Assembly: GCA_030647105.1 (NCBI GenBank)
Contig: JAUSJW010000100.1
Coordinates: 1-53,925 of the forward strand
DNA from: Nanobdellota archaeon
Lineage (GTDB): Archaea; Nanobdellota; Nanobdellia; Woesearchaeales; WJIZ01
Length of the DNA stretch: 53,925 bases
Reading direction: 5' to 3'
A model generated the notes under the pieces. The model was not told where the DNA came from and did no database searches. It worked only from the letters and a program-made list of their open reading frames with translations. This document shows positions 51,189 through 53,925 of the stretch, piece by piece. A program made the translations under genes and the position numbers. How positions within the stretch are numbered: the stretch's first letter is position 1; each line of letters starts with the position of its first letter.

Positions 51189-53058
51189 GTTCCGGCTTTC
51201 TCACGTCGCCTTCTATGTACATCCGGTGCCAGAGCTCGAAGCACGTCGCGGCCCAGATGTAGTTGTAGTGCATCGTGAGTTTGTCGCTCGGTTTGCTCGC
51301 TAGGATTTTCTGGATGAAGTCTTTCTTCAGATAGCCTTCCTTGACGACACTGCCTTGCGGAAGGATGTCTTTGGCGAGTCCCTTGAGCTCGTTTTGATAG
51401 AGCGATTGCGTGTTCGGAATGAAGCCCCACTTCTTCTTCTCTAAAGTTTCTTTGGGAAGGACGCCTCTCATCGCTTTTCTCAGAATCATCTTGCCCTGGT
51501 CCGCGATTTTGTAGCGCGTCGGGATGGCGAAACAGGTCTCGATGAGCTCCGCGTCGAGGAAGGGAGACCTCGCTTCGAGGGAGTGCGCCATGGAAGTGGC
51601 GTCATCAACACTCAGGAGGTCGTCAGGCATCTTGCTCGCGAACTCGCAGACCATCATGTTCTCTACCGGCGTTTGGTTTTTATCTTTGAAATACGGAACG
51701 AACAGGCTTTTTATCTCAGGAACAGGCTTCAATGATTCTCCATAGACCTTCTTCAGGTATTCTTTCGAGGAGAAGAGCTTGTTCTCGTGCGCGTTGAGAG
51801 TGTAGAGCTCCGCGTTGTCTTTCGCTGTGAGCTTTCCGAACTCTTTGAGCTTGCACTCTTCCCCTATTTTTTGGGATGAGATAATTGTTGCAGCTGCCTT
51901 TCTCGCTTCACTGATTTGCTTCGCTTTTGCCTTTTTTCTCTCTTCGATGGTTTTTTCGAGCCACTGATACCGATAGATATAGCCGCCCAGGACTTCGTCG
52001 CCGCCTGAGCCGCCCACAACAACTTTTGTGTGCTTCGCGACCGCCTTGTTGACAAAATAGGGCCAGAGGTTCCGCTTAGGGGAATCAATCGACCAAATCA
52101 TGCGCGGCAGCTCCTTGACCAGGTCAGTCTCGATGACCATCTCGCGGTGGTCAGTGCCGAATTTCTCCGAGACCGTTCTCGCATCCTTGAACTCGTCTGT
52201 CGGCTGGTTGAAGCCCATGCAGAACGTTTTCATCTCTTTCAGATGCGGAGACATGAGGGCGACGACGGTGCTCGTGTCGAGGCCGCCGGAGAGGAAGGCG
52301 CCGACCGGAACATCCGCTATCGCGTAGCGCTCCATGGTTGTTTCAAGTGTCGCTCTTAATTTTGCGATGTGCCACGCTTCAGGCTTTTCTATGATTTTGA
52401 GTTCTGGTTTCCAGTAGCGCTTAACCATGAATTTTCCCCTGCTCCAAGTCAAGGTGTGCCCTGGAAGGAGCTTCTTTATCGCCGTGAACATGGTGCGGTC
52501 TTCCGCGATGTAGCGCAGATTGAGGAGCTGATGGAGCGCTTTCGTGTCGATGTCTTTCTTGACGCTTTCATGCTGGAGAATAGCTTTAACTTCTGAAGCA
52601 AATAGAATCGCATTTCCAAGCGGCGCATAAAACAACGGCTTCACACCCGCCCTGTCTCTTGCTAAAAACAATCTTTTCTTCGTGTCGTCCCAAATCGCAA
52701 AGGCGAACTCGCCGTTCAGCTTCAGGACACACTCTTCTCCATATTCTTCATACGCGTGGACAATCGTCTCTGTGTCGGATTGCGTGGAGAAGCGATGACC
52801 TTTTTTCTCAAGCTCTTTTCTTAGCTCCCTGTAGTTGTAGATTTCTCCGTTGAAGATAACGCAACTATCTCCGTCCTCGTTGAAGATGGGCTGCTTTCCG
52901 GTTGAAAGATCAATGATACTGAGACGCCTGTGGCCGAGGAGCACCCCTTTGGATTGGTAGGTTCCGCTGTCATCTGGGCCGCGATGAGAGAGTGACGCGA
53001 GCATGCGGCCTAGGAGCGCCTTGTCCTCCATTCCCGCCATTCCAGCAATGCCGCACAT
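51166..53058 (-). CDS. asnB: asparagine synthase (glutamine-hydrolysing) family amidotransferase
   Basis: N-terminal MCGIAG (Ntn Cys), HRGPDDSG, RLSIIDL, PP-loop FLSGGLDTS. TATA (53081-53088) 23 nt upstream. Confidence 0.9.
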   Translation of the reverse strand: MCGIAGMAGMEDKALLGRMLASLSHRGPDDSGTYQSKGVLLGHRRLSIIDLSTGKQPIFNEDGDSCVIFNGEIYNYRELRKELEKKGHRFSTQSDTETIVHAYEEYGEECVLKLNGEFAFAIWDDTKKRLFLARDRAGVKPLFYAPLGNAILFASEVKAILQHESVKKDIDTKALHQLLNLRYIAEDRTMFTAIKKLLPGHTLTWSRGKFMVKRYWKPELKIIEKPEAWHIAKLRATLETTMERYAIADVPVGAFLSGGLDTSTVVALMSPHLKEMKTFCMGFNQPTDEFKDARTVSEKFGTDHREMVIETDLVKELPRMIWSIDSPKRNLWPYFVNKAVAKHTKVVVGGSGGDEVLGGYIYRYQWLEKTIEERKKAKAKQISEARKAAATIISSQKIGEECKLKEFGKLTAKDNAELYTLNAHENKLFSSKEYLKKVYGESLKPVPEIKSLFVPYFKDKNQTPVENMMVCEFASKMPDDLLSVDDATSMAHSLEARSPFLDAELIETCFAIPTRYKIADQGKMILRKAMRGVLPKETLEKKKWGFIPNTQSLYQNELKGLAKDILPQGSVVKEGYLKKDFIQKILASKPSDKLTMHYNYIWAATCFELWHRMYIEGDVRKPELKIDALL

Positions 53059-53080
53059 GCCGCTTCTTTTTGCCCCGAAC

Positions 53081-53088
53081 TTTATATA
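53081..53088 (-). promoter_or_regulatory. TATA box for the asnB-like gene
   Basis: TTTATATA (TATATAAA on the minus strand), 23 nt from ATG 53058. Confidence 0.7.
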
Positions 53089-53105
53089 GGTTTGGGCACG
53101 ATATC

Positions 53106-53113
53106 TTTATTAA
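53106..53113 (+). promoter_or_regulatory. TATA box for the truncated ORF at the window edge
   Basis: TTTATTAA, 23 nt upstream of ATG 53136. Confidence 0.5.
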
Positions 53114-53135
53114 ATCCCCATTCCATTCCTGTTCC

Positions 53136-53925
53136 ATGGCCCCCTTCCTTGTCATCCGCATCGGAAACGAGCTGCTGCCCATCTCGGGCCTCGAGGGCTG
53201 CGGCGGCGGAGAACTGGCGTTTACAGAATACCTGCTCCACTTCCTTTCAGGCGACAAAAGCGTGCGCTTCTTGCTGTTCTCCCGCCCGTTTTCCAAGGAA
53301 ACGCAACTCAAGCACCTAGGCAGGGTAAACGCTGACCCGTACGCGCTGCTTGATTTCCTCGTTACTGACCCGCGCTGGTTTGGCAGCCTTGTCGGAAAGC
53401 GGGCTAGCGAGCTGAAAAAACGTATGCGCAGGGACATTGTTTTTGTGCCGTATACCCCGCAGGAAAAGTTCTTTCTTTCTCTCATCCGCCGCTCACTCGT
53501 TCGAAAGCCCGCTACGGGATACCTCGCGCTTCGGTTTTATATTCGAGTGCGGCATCTTCTCAAGAAGGAGCGCCTTTCTGAAGGGCTCCTCTACTTCATC
53601 AACCGGCCGTTCGCCTTTTTGTTTCCCAAGACCTTCTCATTTGGGTTGTTTATGCAGAACTCTCATCTTGTTTCGCGCATCCCCGTTGTCCAGAGCGTGA
53701 TCAACCGGCACCTTGAACGGTACGCGCTCGTGGACTGGGCGAGCGCTTTCCTTCTCCAGGAGTACCAACAGCGCAATCCGCATCACAAAGGACGAATTCT
53801 GCACCTGTGCCTGCCCCTTGTGCACGAGGTTCTCGCATCAAATATATCTTCCTTGGAGGGCATCTCGTTCTGGAAGCAGAATCTGTATCCTGCGATTCCG
53901 GGAAAGCCCGACAAGACGGTGCGCA
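53136..53925 (+). CDS. 5' part of an ORF running off the window (possible GT-B glycosyltransferase N-terminal domain)
   Basis: My translation from ATG 53136 gives 263 codons with no stop (MAPFLVIRIGNELLPISGLEGCGGGELAFTEYLLHFLSGDKSVRFLLFSRP...). It is absent from the ORF track because it has no stop in the window. The G-x-GG-x-E...L...G motif resembles GT4 N-termini. Confidence 0.5.
   Translation, partial: MAPFLVIRIGNELLPISGLEGCGGGELAFTEYLLHFLSGDKSVRFLLFSRPFSKETQLKHLGRVNADPYALLDFLVTDPRWFGSLVGKRASELKKRMRRDIVFVPYTPQEKFFLSLIRRSLVRKPATGYLALRFYIRVRHLLKKERLSEGLLYFINRPFAFLFPKTFSFGLFMQNSHLVSRIPVVQSVINRHLERYALVDWASAFLLQEYQQRNPHHKGRILHLCLPLVHEVLASNISSLEGISFWKQNLYPAIPGKPDKTVR

Noticed and set aside
52970-53485. 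171-aa minus-strand ORF spanning the asnB start and the divergent promoter region.
   Set aside because: It runs through two TATA boxes and overlaps both the asnB 5' end and the better-supported plus-strand ORF. Its composition is Arg/Ser/Pro-rich.
1-53925. I looked for mobile elements, tRNAs, CRISPR arrays, toxin-antitoxin pairs and known defence genes.
   Set aside because: I found no integrase, transposase or recombinase motifs, no cloverleaf-like sequences in any intergenic gap, and no short spaced direct repeats. The two RHH proteins are not paired with toxin-like partners.

Overview
This 53.9-kb window is a chromosomal segment of an archaeon. The archaeal hallmarks are an RFC large subunit, an AEP-type PriS primase, Dph2, a geranylgeranyl reductase, two class III (type IV pilin-like) signal peptides, an alpha2-type GlyRS and a stand-alone 5S rRNA. 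In addition, 8-bp TATA boxes sit 21-26 nt upstream of almost every first-in-operon ATG, which indicates leaderless transcripts. The single-chain primase (PriS core plus a PriL-like tail) and the gene content suggest a small-genome, DPANN-like lineage, but that is inference. Layout: (1) 0.1-4.2 kb holds a MoxR-DUF58-VWA (Bat-like) operon that ends in an anomalously AT-rich membrane-protein gene. (2) 4.2-17.9 kb is a surface island: a 2,955-aa multi-TM cadherin-like giant protein, an RHH protein, a small paralogous membrane protein, a tandem-HTH regulator, a lipoprotein, a soluble helical protein and two pilin-like genes. (3) glyS, a beta-propeller-like ORF and rfcL follow. (4) 21.9-24.4 kb is a tight four-gene operon of exported beta-rich proteins. 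(5) 24.5-30.9 kb carries an APH-family kinase, a TerC/DUF475 protein, and a DtxR/MntR repressor with a perfect operator palindrome plus a metal ABC importer. (6) 30.9-36 kb carries bacterial-type ispH and ispG, an M3-like peptidase and a geranylgeranyl reductase. (7) Next come a split or frameshifted dph2, a hairpin-rich spacer and an SDR+FkbH-like pair. (8) Then the primase, a membrane protein and the 5S rRNA. (9) 42-53.9 kb is a nucleotide-sugar/glycan island: two methyltransferases, an RHH-nucleotidyltransferase fusion, ugd, an NDP-sugar pyrophosphorylase, a UDP-GlcA decarboxylase, a WbpB/D/E-like trio, GT4, an AsnB-like gene and a truncated GT-like ORF. I saw no CRISPR array, tRNA, transposase or integrase. 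All calls rest on motif recognition by eye; no searches were run.
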